DNA from: an uncultured Draconibacterium sp.
GTDB taxonomy: Bacteria > Bacteroidota > Bacteroidia > Bacteroidales > Prolixibacteraceae
Assembly (NCBI GenBank): GCA_963677525.1
Contig: OY781970.1
Span: 5,894,802-5,926,801 of the forward strand
DNA: 32,000 nt
Direction of reading: 5' to 3'
The translations under genes were made by a program, and so were the position numbers. Shown here piece by piece: positions 9,290-17,818 of this stretch. The notes under the pieces are model-generated. The model was not told the DNA's origin. It worked only from the letters and a program-made list of their open reading frames with translations, and did not search any database. Numbering within the stretch: position 1 is the stretch's first letter; every line of letters starts with the position of its first letter.

Positions 9290-10804
9290 TTAAATCGGTG
9301 CTTTAAATCCGATAAAAAAACCATGTGTCCCGGCCGATGTAAACACATATTCGAAACGAAGTACAAGGTCGTAATAACTCACCAGGTCGAGCCCGGCTCC
9401 CCAACTGTATAAAAATTTGTTGTTGTATGGATTATAATTTGGATCCCCCGGAATATTGGTAGCACTGAAGTTCTTGATATATCCCACATCAGAGAATAAA
9501 TTAAAATATAAGGCGTATTGAATATTAAAAAACTTACTGTCGGGGCTGGCAAATTTCGGTCGCCTGACACCCGGTTCAACCAGCTCGTATTTTACATTTC
9601 CCCTGAAATAGTACATTTTCTCGCCGCGTAAAGCAAAATGGTCGTAACCTCTTAGAAAGTTATCGTCAGAAGTCATATTCAGCATATAATCGTATGACAT
9701 GTTATCGGTAGTCGACGAAACGGCTTTTACCATCTCGGCTACATATAACTTTTTGCTGATGGTTTGGTAGAAATGAAAATCGATACCATAAAAGAAATAA
9801 TCAACGTCGTAGGAAATCAATCCCAGTCCTTTTTTGTCGACAAATCCTTTTAAATACTGCCCTTCCAATGGATAAGCCTGGTTGTTCCGTGAATCGTAAA
9901 TATAGTCGATATAGAAATCGACACTGAACACCGATTGGGCTGTATCGGGTAAAAAATTAGGATTTAATTCGTAAAGCTGATCAGATATTCGTTTGTAGTT
10001 AAACGATAACTTTAAGTTGGAGTAATTGTAAAGTTTTGGGCGAAAGCTCAATTTCGACATAAGCGTTAACGATTCCTTACTCTTTTTTTCGTAAAGCATC
10101 TGGCGTTCGTTATCCTCGGAGCCATATTCAACCACTGCATTTGTTTGATAATCAACGCCGGTTGCCAGACCTATTTTCTGTCCTTTTCCGATCCATGGAA
10201 TATCGTAACCGATGCCATACCTTGATGAACTGCCACCGTAAGCTACCATCCAAAGTTTATGGCTTAATCCCCACAGGTTGTTGTGTCCCAGGAATATACC
10301 CTTGTTAAGTTGATCTTTGTCCCTGTCCGCAAGCCATTCGTTAAAGTTGGGTGCATCTACAGTAACAACCGGAATCGCCCAAATGTACCAACGCTCGGTA
10401 ACATCTATAATTAGCTTGTAATCTTTTCCCTGAATCTGCTGCAGTGTCAGGTCAACGGTAAGGAACAGTTTGGTATTGATAAGGTTTTCGCGGCTGTAAC
10501 TTATTATTTGGGCAAGTTCGGAAGTGGTATCATTAAGCATGATCCTTTTTTTTCCGAAAGAAATAAATCCCCGTTTTGAAGGTAAAGTCGATAATGAATC
10601 GCCCACCTGAAAATCGAGTTCGCGAAGAATTACCTTTTCTTTCGTTTTTTCGTTGCCGTTTATTTCAATGGAACTAATGAAAATGTAATTGCCTGAAAAG
10701 GTGTCAGGCATTCTTATCTCACCGTCTTTGTTTTGCGCGAAAAGCAAGCCCGGTAAGCAGGAGAGAAGTGCAGTCAGAATAAAAATTGGGAATCGTTTCT
10801 TCAT
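9290..10804 (-). CDS. Omp85/BamA-family outer-membrane beta-barrel protein with one POTRA-like domain
   Basis: 504-aa ORF. It has a signal peptide (MKKRFPIFILTALLSCLPGLLFAQ), a POTRA-like segment (ISSIEINGNEKTKEKVILRELDFQVGDSL), and an aromatic/Gly-rich alternating C-terminal region ending GFFIGFKAPI. Confidence 0.7.
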   Translation of the reverse strand: MKKRFPIFILTALLSCLPGLLFAQNKDGEIRMPDTFSGNYIFISSIEINGNEKTKEKVILRELDFQVGDSLSTLPSKRGFISFGKKRIMLNDTTSELAQIISYSRENLINTKLFLTVDLTLQQIQGKDYKLIIDVTERWYIWAIPVVTVDAPNFNEWLADRDKDQLNKGIFLGHNNLWGLSHKLWMVAYGGSSSRYGIGYDIPWIGKGQKIGLATGVDYQTNAVVEYGSEDNERQMLYEKKSKESLTLMSKLSFRPKLYNYSNLKLSFNYKRISDQLYELNPNFLPDTAQSVFSVDFYIDYIYDSRNNQAYPLEGQYLKGFVDKKGLGLISYDVDYFFYGIDFHFYQTISKKLYVAEMVKAVSSTTDNMSYDYMLNMTSDDNFLRGYDHFALRGEKMYYFRGNVKYELVEPGVRRPKFASPDSKFFNIQYALYFNLFSDVGYIKNFSATNIPGDPNYNPYNNKFLYSWGAGLDLVSYYDLVLRFEYVFTSAGTHGFFIGFKAPI

Positions 10805-10909
10805 TTAGTTATCGGTTTTATTCAGGGAATTTATCATCCTGAAAATAAAAAGACTACTTAAAGATACGGATTATGTAAATAAAAAAACAGGGGTAGAGAT
10901 AAGTAAATT

Positions 10910-11269
10910 TTAGGCTGTTTTTGCCACGAGAATAACACCGATAATGATTAACGAAACGCCAATCCACCTGGCAACAGGTACCGCTTCCTTAAAAACAACA
11001 ACGGCGGCAATCATACCGAAAACGTAACTCATGGCCACAAGCGGATAGGCCAGACTGAATTCGTATTTTTTTAGCACGTGAAACCAAAGTAGTGTGGCTC
11101 CCACAATGGTAATCCCCGAAATAGCCAGCGGAATATTTTTCACCACGTTCAGGATATACTCTTTGGTCCAGACGAATTTTCCCAGTTTGGTCATGGCAAT
11201 TTTTAATGTAACCTGCGAAGTAACCAGCAGGAAACTTTGAATGACCATTATGGTAATAAGCCTTAGCAC
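10910..11269 (-). CDS. small 4-TM EamA/SMR-like (DMT superfamily, ArnE/ArnF-sized) membrane protein
   Basis: 119-aa ORF with four hydrophobic helices: ITIMVIQSFLLVTSQV, IPLAISGITIVGATLLWFHVL, LAYPLVAMSYVFGMIAAVVVF, WIGVSLIIIGVILV. The GTG start at 11269 overlaps the upstream stop by 7 nt. ATG at 11248 is an alternative start. Confidence 0.6.
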   Translation of the reverse strand: MLRLITIMVIQSFLLVTSQVTLKIAMTKLGKFVWTKEYILNVVKNIPLAISGITIVGATLLWFHVLKKYEFSLAYPLVAMSYVFGMIAAVVVFKEAVPVARWIGVSLIIIGVILVAKTA

Positions 11270-12333
11270 GATTTTAAGAGTATGAGTGAAATATTCGATC
11301 CCCTGTAATTATTAAAAAGCAACACGTTCGAGATTTTATTCTTTTCCGTGTTCTTTTTTAAGAGCATATAATCCGGTATTGATTGATCCTTAATTATTTG
11401 AGCGGCTGCCCAAAGCCCAAAGGAAGAAGCAGTGTAATAATCGCCCGACAGATGTTTGTACCAGGCAATATTGCTATCGTAACGATCATGAACAGCTGAA
11501 TAAACGTCGTTGAGTTTTTTGTTCCCGTTCACTCCCGAAACGAGTAAATCAATCTCGTTGTCTTTCAGGTTATTTTTTTCGAGGAAGGCAGAAATCTGAT
11601 GCTGCAGATCATCAATGTTTTCAGGTTTATAGATCATTTCCATATCGCAGATTTCGGCATTCGACTTCTCCGATTTTTCGCCGGAAAGCATAAAATAAAC
11701 ACAACCTTCACCTGCGATGGTTCCTTCAGAATCTGAATTGTTCAGCAGTTCGGTATTTTTGATCTTTTCTTTTTTCCAGTAGTCGATTCGTGATAGCAGT
11801 TGAAAATACGATGGTGTCATTTCATCATAACTGCCAACCATCACATTTTTTGCCTGTTTGTCTTCCAAAAGCATCAACCCGTCAATCAGCGAACTCTCGA
11901 ACGAAAAACCGCGGTTCACATAAGTTGAATTGTACCCGTGACATTTCAGCGCAATGGCAATTTGCGAACTTACCGTGTTGTGCGTTGATTGAATGAAAGC
12001 AGTGGGCTGTAAAAATTTCTCATCGTTTTCGATCATCGCTTTCAGGAATTTTTCGGTGTCTTCCATGCACCCAAGTCCGGTTCCTGAAATAATGGCGTCA
12101 GGTTTTTCAACGCCTGATTCGGCAATACAAAGTTTGGCCGCAACAATGGCACGTTTTATTACCAGGCTCATCCTGCGAACGGCAATAGGCGAAATAAAAC
12201 CCTTCGTATCAGGTGTCAAACAACGCAAATGATTGGAGTCGTATTCTATCACCTCTGTTGGCAACCCTTGATTTTCGTTGTTATTTTGAGGCGATATAAT
12301 TCCAGAACCTTGTATGTAAACCGGTGTATCCAA
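11263..12333 (-). CDS. beta-ketoacyl synthase-like protein, chain-length-factor type (degenerate KS, PF13723-like)
   Basis: KS-sized protein directly downstream of a complete KS. It has no Cys-His-His triad in canonical contexts. It carries the QPTAFIQSTHNTVSSQIA block typical of KS N-terminal-like/CLF proteins in aryl-polyene clusters. The ORF is open up to ATG 12384 (47-nt overlap with the KS). TTG at 12333 (MDTPVYIQGSGIISPQ), 4 nt after the KS stop, looks like the more natural start. The start call is uncertain. Confidence 0.7.
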   Translation of the reverse strand: MDTPVYIQGSGIISPQNNNENQGLPTEVIEYDSNHLRCLTPDTKGFISPIAVRRMSLVIKRAIVAAKLCIAESGVEKPDAIISGTGLGCMEDTEKFLKAMIENDEKFLQPTAFIQSTHNTVSSQIAIALKCHGYNSTYVNRGFSFESSLIDGLMLLEDKQAKNVMVGSYDEMTPSYFQLLSRIDYWKKEKIKNTELLNNSDSEGTIAGEGCVYFMLSGEKSEKSNAEICDMEMIYKPENIDDLQHQISAFLEKNNLKDNEIDLLVSGVNGNKKLNDVYSAVHDRYDSNIAWYKHLSGDYYTASSFGLWAAAQIIKDQSIPDYMLLKKNTEKNKISNVLLFNNYRGSNISLILLKSC

Positions 12334-12337
12334 GCAA

Positions 12338-13537
12338 TTAAATTTTAGAAAAAATGAGTGATGTATTGTTGCCGCCGAACCCAAACGAGTTGGTTAAAAC
12401 GTGTTTTAGTTCAACATCTCTTTTTAGCTCTTTTTCAGGAGAGAAAGACAATTCTTCCATTTGGTTCTCGAAGTTCAGATTGGGAGGAATGATTTTTTCT
12501 TCCATCATTAAAATGGAAATAACAGATTCGATTCCGCCGGCTGCACTTGTAGTGTGTCCTGTATATGATTTTGTTGAACTCACAGGCGGAATGTTTTCTT
12601 CAAAAACATTTTGAATGGCTGCTCCTTCCGATGCATCGTTGTTGGGTGTTCCGGTTCCGTGTGCATTAATATAATCAATGTCGGAAGCAGATAATCCGCC
12701 CGATGCAATGGCCTGTTTCATGGCCAGCGTAGCTCCAATTCCTTCGGGCGATGAAGCCGTTTGATGATAAGCATCGCAGGCATTTCCATAACCTGAAAGT
12801 TCGCAACGGGCTTTGGCGCCTCTTTTTTGTGCGTGTTCCTCCGATTCGAGAATCAGGTAGCCGGCACCTTCGCCCAGATTGATTCCGGCCCGTTCATTAT
12901 CGAAAGGGCGGCACTGGTTTTTGTCCAGAATCATCAACGAGTTAAATCCGTTTAGATGAAATTTGGTCAGGCACTCGCTGCCTCCTGCAATCACACAATC
13001 GAGCTTATTGTGTTTTATGAGTCTGGCGCCCAGCATAATCGCGTTTGCCGCCGACGAACACGCCGTTGAAATAGTAGTAACAAATGATTTTATTCCCAAC
13101 AGATCAGCGACTTTCTCAGTGCCCTCGCCACAGTCGTGAACTTCAATAAATTCTTTGTGATCTTCCGATCCCAAAAAATCGTTGTAATACAGTTCACTTT
13201 TTTCCATGCCACCCACCGTAGTTGCCGAAATAAAACCGATTCGCATGCCGGGAACAATCGTGAGATTGGCCGATGCAATAGCTTCTTTTGCGGCATGCAG
13301 GCTAAACAATGTGGTGCGGGTTATCACTTCGCTTTCCGGTAAATTAAGAGCCTGTTTTAATTCCTCATCGCTGCATTTTACTTCTGCTCCCGGCAATTCA
13401 TCTGCATGAACAGTATTCAGGTATTTTAAAGCGCCTATCCCTGTTTTTTGCTGAAGGATAGACTCAACTGTTTCGCCGGCATTATTACCAATACCCGAAA
13501 CAATACCCAAACCGGTAACTACAATGCGATGAGCCAT
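12338..13537 (-). CDS. beta-ketoacyl-ACP synthase (FabF/KAS II-like)
   Basis: 399-aa ORF with a complete catalytic triad in canonical contexts: TISTACSSAANAI (Cys), INAHGTGTPNND (His), YTGHTTSAAG (His). C-terminal NSFGFGGNN. Confidence 0.9.
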   Translation of the reverse strand: MAHRIVVTGLGIVSGIGNNAGETVESILQQKTGIGALKYLNTVHADELPGAEVKCSDEELKQALNLPESEVITRTTLFSLHAAKEAIASANLTIVPGMRIGFISATTVGGMEKSELYYNDFLGSEDHKEFIEVHDCGEGTEKVADLLGIKSFVTTISTACSSAANAIMLGARLIKHNKLDCVIAGGSECLTKFHLNGFNSLMILDKNQCRPFDNERAGINLGEGAGYLILESEEHAQKRGAKARCELSGYGNACDAYHQTASSPEGIGATLAMKQAIASGGLSASDIDYINAHGTGTPNNDASEGAAIQNVFEENIPPVSSTKSYTGHTTSAAGGIESVISILMMEEKIIPPNLNFENQMEELSFSPEKELKRDVELKHVLTNSFGFGGNNTSLIFSKI

Positions 13538-13539
13538 GC

Positions 13540-13797
13540 TTATTTTGTCTTGTTTTCAGAGATATAAGTTGCCATGGAGTTGATCGACTTGAATATCTCG
13601 CGTCCTTTGTTCGGATCGTCGATTTTAATTCCGTAGTTTTTCTCCATCAACACAATTAATTCCAGCGCATCAATCGAGTCTAAACCCAAACCGTCGCCAA
13701 AAAGCGGTAGTTCGTTGTCGATTTCTTCCGGAGTCATTCCTTCCAGGTTTAATATCTCAATAATCTCTTCTTTTAATTTGAAAATTAATTTTTCCAC
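13540..13797 (-). CDS. acyl carrier protein
   Basis: 85-aa acidic protein with the phosphopantetheine attachment motif GLDSIDALELI (DSxD/helix II). It lies 2 nt upstream of the KS. Confidence 0.9.
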   Translation of the reverse strand: MEKLIFKLKEEIIEILNLEGMTPEEIDNELPLFGDGLGLDSIDALELIVLMEKNYGIKIDDPNKGREIFKSINSMATYISENKTK

Positions 13798-13800
13798 AGT

Positions 13801-14427
13801 TTATACTTTGTTAAAAAGGTTATTTATTGTATTCGTTTCAAAGATAATTTTATCTGCTTCCTTTTGCGCTTCAACCAGCATTAAAAATGCAAAATAACTC
13901 TCATTTTTCAATTCGAGCCAACCTGTCAAACATTTTTTGGTTGAAGTTGTGGCGAATAGATGACTGATCGTATCATGCAACATTTTTGCGTCGAAATTCT
14001 CGGAGATTAAAAATGTATTTTCCCCCTGAATTTTATTTCTGATACATATTTCACCAATGGCAATATTGGGTAAAGTGTAAACAAATACCGACGGGCTTGG
14101 GAAATAATTCTCGCCCCGGACAATGGTCTTTTGATACGCCATATCGGTATCGAGCGACGAGCTGCTGTTCATTAAAACAACGCCCATTTCCGGTTTTGGG
14201 ACGTCGCGTTCTGTTTCTTCGCGCAACATTAATTCCGATGCTAAAAATCCCAGTTTTGCCAGCTTATCCATTTTAAAAAATTTTGGATAAGTGATGTAAT
14301 TATGCTTGTACGCTTCAATAATGAACTCCTTAAAATTTTCGCGGCCTTTATCCGAAAAAATTACTTTTCCGTCCATCCGGATTTCTCCGTCGACAATGAT
14401 GCAGTATTTTGAAATCTGTAAAGTCAT
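13801..14427 (-). CDS. truncated KS-like protein (about 208 aa, PF13723-like), probable partner of the upstream KS
   Basis: ATG at 14427 overlaps the upstream KS stop as ATGA. The ORF-track start at 14463 would add 12 residues inside the KS. The SPSVFVYTLPNIAIGEICI block parallels QPTAFIQSTHNTVSSQIA of 11263..12333. There is no active-site Cys context. Confidence 0.65.
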   Translation of the reverse strand: MTLQISKYCIIVDGEIRMDGKVIFSDKGRENFKEFIIEAYKHNYITYPKFFKMDKLAKLGFLASELMLREETERDVPKPEMGVVLMNSSSSLDTDMAYQKTIVRGENYFPSPSVFVYTLPNIAIGEICIRNKIQGENTFLISENFDAKMLHDTISHLFATTSTKKCLTGWLELKNESYFAFLMLVEAQKEADKIIFETNTINNLFNKV

Positions 14428-15578
14428 CGGCTTTGTTTTTGAATTAGAATTGCTGCATTGCAACCGCCAAAACCGGATGCCATTTTTAAACAGGTATTTA
14501 TTTCTGAGGGTGTATTTTCTTCGATGATCTTTATAGGATGTGACACTCCAAGGTTTTCGTAGCCTAAACTTTTTACCAGAAGATTGTTCTCCATCGATAG
14601 TAAGCTTAGCACGGTTTCGATAACACCGGCGGCACCCAGCGTGTGCCCGATGTAGCCTTTGTAGCTGTTAACCGGAACATCCAACAACTCGCTGCGGCTT
14701 AAAGCAATCGATTCCATTTCGTCGTTGTAAATAGTTGCAGTTCCGTGTGCGCTGATAAAATCAATTTTTGGATGATGTAATTCCCCAAGAATATTTTGAA
14801 TGGCCAGGTACAATCCTTCAGCGGTTCGCGACGGACCGGAAATATGATTGGCATCGTTGGTAACACTTCCGGCCTCGATGGAAAATAAAGTTTCAGAATT
14901 GAGTAAATTCTTATCTGAAGACAAGATTACGGTTGCCGCTCCTTCCCCCAGCGACAATCCGTCGCGGGTTTTGTCGAATGGTTTGCACGGGTTTGGCGAC
15001 AGGGCCTTAAACGACTGAAAACCGGACGCAACAAAAGGTGTTACCATGTCGCAGCCCACTACCACCGCGTTTTTAAACTGCCCCGTTTCGATGGCTCGTT
15101 TGGCAACAATTTGCGCCACCATCCCCGAAATACAGGCATGTGAAATGATCAGTGGTTTGTTGGGATTCCCTAAGAAATCCTGTACCAAAGCCGCGCTTTT
15201 CCAAAGGTTAACCCGGTCGGGTTCGTACAACGCTTTTTTCTCTTCCTCCAGCAAGTCGATGTTTCCCTTGGTGGAAGAAATTACCAGCAATGTTTCTTCT
15301 GATTTTACATCCACCCTCGTTTTGGCCAGTGCATTTGAAATGGAGCACAGCATCATTTTTTCAAAACGGGTGTATTCTTTTTCAGTGTGAAATTCCAGAA
15401 AAGCTTCTTCAAGTTTTTGATTGTCGATCCTCGATGCACAAAACGTATCCGGGATATAATACGGATCATCCTGCTTTTTTATTCCGCTCTGGTTCGCGAA
15501 CAAACTTTTTGCATTTTCATCCGATCCAAAACCCAGCGAGCTTATAATATCGTGTGCTATGTAATAAACAGGCTGCAT
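14424..15578 (-). CDS. beta-ketoacyl-ACP synthase
   Basis: 384-aa ORF with a complete triad: IISHACISGMVAQ (Cys), ISAHGTATIYND (His), YIGHTLGAAG (His). C-terminal ASGFGGCNA. Confidence 0.85.
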   Translation of the reverse strand: MQPVYYIAHDIISSLGFGSDENAKSLFANQSGIKKQDDPYYIPDTFCASRIDNQKLEEAFLEFHTEKEYTRFEKMMLCSISNALAKTRVDVKSEETLLVISSTKGNIDLLEEEKKALYEPDRVNLWKSAALVQDFLGNPNKPLIISHACISGMVAQIVAKRAIETGQFKNAVVVGCDMVTPFVASGFQSFKALSPNPCKPFDKTRDGLSLGEGAATVILSSDKNLLNSETLFSIEAGSVTNDANHISGPSRTAEGLYLAIQNILGELHHPKIDFISAHGTATIYNDEMESIALSRSELLDVPVNSYKGYIGHTLGAAGVIETVLSLLSMENNLLVKSLGYENLGVSHPIKIIEENTPSEINTCLKMASGFGGCNAAILIQKQSR

Positions 15579-15580
15579 GT

Positions 15581-16012
15581 TTATTCAATGATTTTCCATT
15601 TCTTTTTCCACTCGATAAAAAATTCCGGTGAGTTCCAAACCAGCTGGTATTTTTTATCTAAAAAAACCTGAACACTGTCGGCTGTCAATACCACGGAATT
15701 ATCTTTTTTATTTCTGATTTCGTATTTGTATTGAATTTTGGCAGCTTCTGAGTTGACAAAAGTGGTTTTTATAATGGCCGAATCGCCATAAACCAGCGGC
15801 TTTTTAAAATCCATATTCATCTGGGTGAGTGGTACAAAATACCCTTCGGTAAGGGTGTCGAGGTAGCCCAGCTTGTATTCTTTCCCGAAAGCCTCGCGTC
15901 CGTCTTCGAGGTATTTTACGTAGCTGCCATGCCATAAAATCCCCATGGAATCTACCTCGCTAAATCGAACTTCAATTTCTTTGGTGGCTGATAATTCTAT
16001 CTTTTTTGTCAT
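15581..16012 (-). CDS. acyl-CoA/acyl-ACP thioesterase, 4HBT (YbgC-like) hotdog fold
   Basis: 143-aa ORF. The N-terminal block EVRFSEVDSMGILWHGSYVKYLEDGREAF matches the 4-hydroxybenzoyl-CoA thioesterase family pattern (Asp followed by V.H..Y..Y.E.AR-like). Confidence 0.75.
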   Translation of the reverse strand: MTKKIELSATKEIEVRFSEVDSMGILWHGSYVKYLEDGREAFGKEYKLGYLDTLTEGYFVPLTQMNMDFKKPLVYGDSAIIKTTFVNSEAAKIQYKYEIRNKKDNSVVLTADSVQVFLDKKYQLVWNSPEFFIEWKKKWKIIE

Positions 16013-16027
16013 AACATAAAAGGGTCG

Positions 16028-16450
16028 CTAAACCAGCGATATTTTCATTTCGCACTCCGCAATTACCTTTCCGTTGCAAACCGATTTTGCATTCACCAAA
16101 GTAATATTAAAGTACTCGTTCATTACTTCAATTTTTGTTTCAATTTCGTCTCCCAACTCCGGGAAGAAATGAATATTAAGATTTTTTATTGCACCAATAA
16201 AACCCAGCCGAACCTCCTGGTTGTTCAAAAATTTATTGATGTAACCCATTCGCGCGGCACAGGTTTGTGCAAAATTTTCGATAATGCCGGCCTCGTAAAA
16301 TTTACCATTCTCAAAAAAGATATTATCCTCACGAACCGTAAATTTTGTGGCCGTAATTATTTTGTCGAACGATGTGAGTTTATCAATCATCAACATGGGC
16401 TGACGTTGGGGAATCAGTTCGAGTATGTCAATTTCTTCCAGATTCTTCAT
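16028..16450 (-). CDS. hotdog-fold FabZ-like (3-hydroxyacyl-ACP dehydratase-like) protein, non-canonical active site
   Basis: 140-aa ORF. ILELIPQRQPMLMIDKL aligns with FabZ ILELLPHRFPFLLVDRV, and IIENFAQT aligns with ILEAMAQA (Glu kept). The FabZ FFQGHFP block reads FFENGKF here. Confidence 0.7.
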   Translation of the reverse strand: MKNLEEIDILELIPQRQPMLMIDKLTSFDKIITATKFTVREDNIFFENGKFYEAGIIENFAQTCAARMGYINKFLNNQEVRLGFIGAIKNLNIHFFPELGDEIETKIEVMNEYFNITLVNAKSVCNGKVIAECEMKISLV

Positions 16451-16453
16451 TGT

Positions 16454-17818
16454 CTAATATCTTAAGTATTCCCAAAGTGGGCCCCTTCGTTTGCGCGCTC
16501 TTAATACGTCGTAAAAATCGCTTTTTTCATCTCCCGGGAAGATCCATTTTTTTCCTGTTGCCAGTCCCATTTCCTTCACATTTTCCAGGTCAACCTCGTC
16601 GGAAATGTAATACACCGGCTTTAATAATTTATCGTCCGGTTTAATTTTTCCTTCGCTCAAAGCTACATTATACAATTCAGTTCCCGGGTAAATCCGCATC
16701 CCGATATAAGGGAAAAATACCGAATGTTCAATTTGTTTGCTGTTTTCGAACGTTTCCTGAAGTGTTTCGTTTGTTTCGCCGTAACCGCCTAAAATAAGGA
16801 AATGCGAAAAGAAAATGCAAAGATCGTTGCAGATTTCCGACTTTTCGAGCACATCCTTAAAACGGAACGATTTTTTATAGCTTTTTAAGGTGGTATCGCA
16901 AAACGCATCGGTACCAAATTCGATGTGTGTGAGACCTGCTTTTCTATACAACTCCAGATCTTCGTATTTTAACGAGGCATCGGGTGCAAAATAAGCGCCC
17001 CAGTTTATTTTTATTCCGCTGTCGATAATTTCCTGGCAAAGCTCACGGTTGTATTTTTTATTGATATTAAAAATTGAATCGGTAAAAAACACGTAGTTTA
17101 TTTTTTGCTCGGTGCTCAGTTTTTTCAGCGTTTTTATAATGGTGTCGATGTCGAGAGTCCGAACTTCTTTTCCTTCAATAACCGGGTAGCTGCAGTAGAT
17201 ACAACTTTTGGGGCAACCCCGTTTTGTCTGGATGTTCAGCATTCCGCTTTTGTTCCAGTAGAAATCAATGTTTTCGAGGTTGAAATCGAGATCCAGGTTT
17301 TGAAGATATTCCGTTCTGGAATTTTGTTGAATGGAACTATTCGATTTAAAAACCAGTCCCTGGACAGTGCTGATATCACCTCCTGTATCAAGCAGGTTGA
17401 TTAATTCAACCAGGCTGTTTTCTCCTTCGCCTTTTACGCCGTAATTGGCTCCCAGAAAATCGAGCAGAAATTCGGGGAAAATGGAAAATCCTGCCCCGCC
17501 AACAATTACCGGGGCACTGGAAACTGCTTTCGCTTTATCAACAATTTGTTTGTACCAGTCGATAAAACTCCCCTTTTCGTAAATGTTGTTGTCGTCGATG
17601 TTGCGCAGCGAAACGCCAATATAACGAATGTCGTTGCCGGCAACAAGAGCGTCTATTTCGTCCAGTTCTTTCAGGTTTAAATCCAGCTCAAGCAAATTAT
17701 ATTCCGGCAGGTGTTTCTTCATGTAGGTGGAAAGATACGATAACCCAATTGGGTAAACCGGGTACGGATCGCAATACCTGTTGGCCGAAATAAGTAATAT
17801 TGACTTGTTTTTGCTCAT
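16454..17818 (-). CDS. B12-binding domain-containing radical SAM protein (lipid-biosynthesis-associated type)
   Basis: 454-aa ORF. An N-terminal cobalamin-binding-like region (ILLISANRYCDPYPVYPIGLSYL...IRYIGVSLRNID...VIVGGAGFS...GVKGEGE) is followed by the radical SAM motif CPKSCIYC (CX3CX2C). It has a 4-nt overlap with the upstream acyltransferase and a 3-nt gap to the downstream hotdog gene. Confidence 0.85.
   Translation of the reverse strand: MSKNKSILLISANRYCDPYPVYPIGLSYLSTYMKKHLPEYNLLELDLNLKELDEIDALVAGNDIRYIGVSLRNIDDNNIYEKGSFIDWYKQIVDKAKAVSSAPVIVGGAGFSIFPEFLLDFLGANYGVKGEGENSLVELINLLDTGGDISTVQGLVFKSNSSIQQNSRTEYLQNLDLDFNLENIDFYWNKSGMLNIQTKRGCPKSCIYCSYPVIEGKEVRTLDIDTIIKTLKKLSTEQKINYVFFTDSIFNINKKYNRELCQEIIDSGIKINWGAYFAPDASLKYEDLELYRKAGLTHIEFGTDAFCDTTLKSYKKSFRFKDVLEKSEICNDLCIFFSHFLILGGYGETNETLQETFENSKQIEHSVFFPYIGMRIYPGTELYNVALSEGKIKPDDKLLKPVYYISDEVDLENVKEMGLATGKKWIFPGDEKSDFYDVLRARKRRGPLWEYLRY

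Noticed and set aside
9277-9300. Possible terminator hairpin CACCG-N14-CGGTG at the convergent junction
   Set aside because: The stem is only 5 bp with a 14-nt loop, it overlaps the 3' coding end of the minus-strand gene, and it has no flanking T-tract. That is too weak to call.
14428-14463. Longer start for the 220-aa ORF (and similarly 12334..12384 for the CLF-like ORF)
   Set aside because: Both extensions overlap the 3' end of the upstream KS genes by 40-47 nt. An ATGA-coupled ATG (14427) and a TTG just after the KS stop (12333) give more plausible N-termini. The TTG call remains uncertain.
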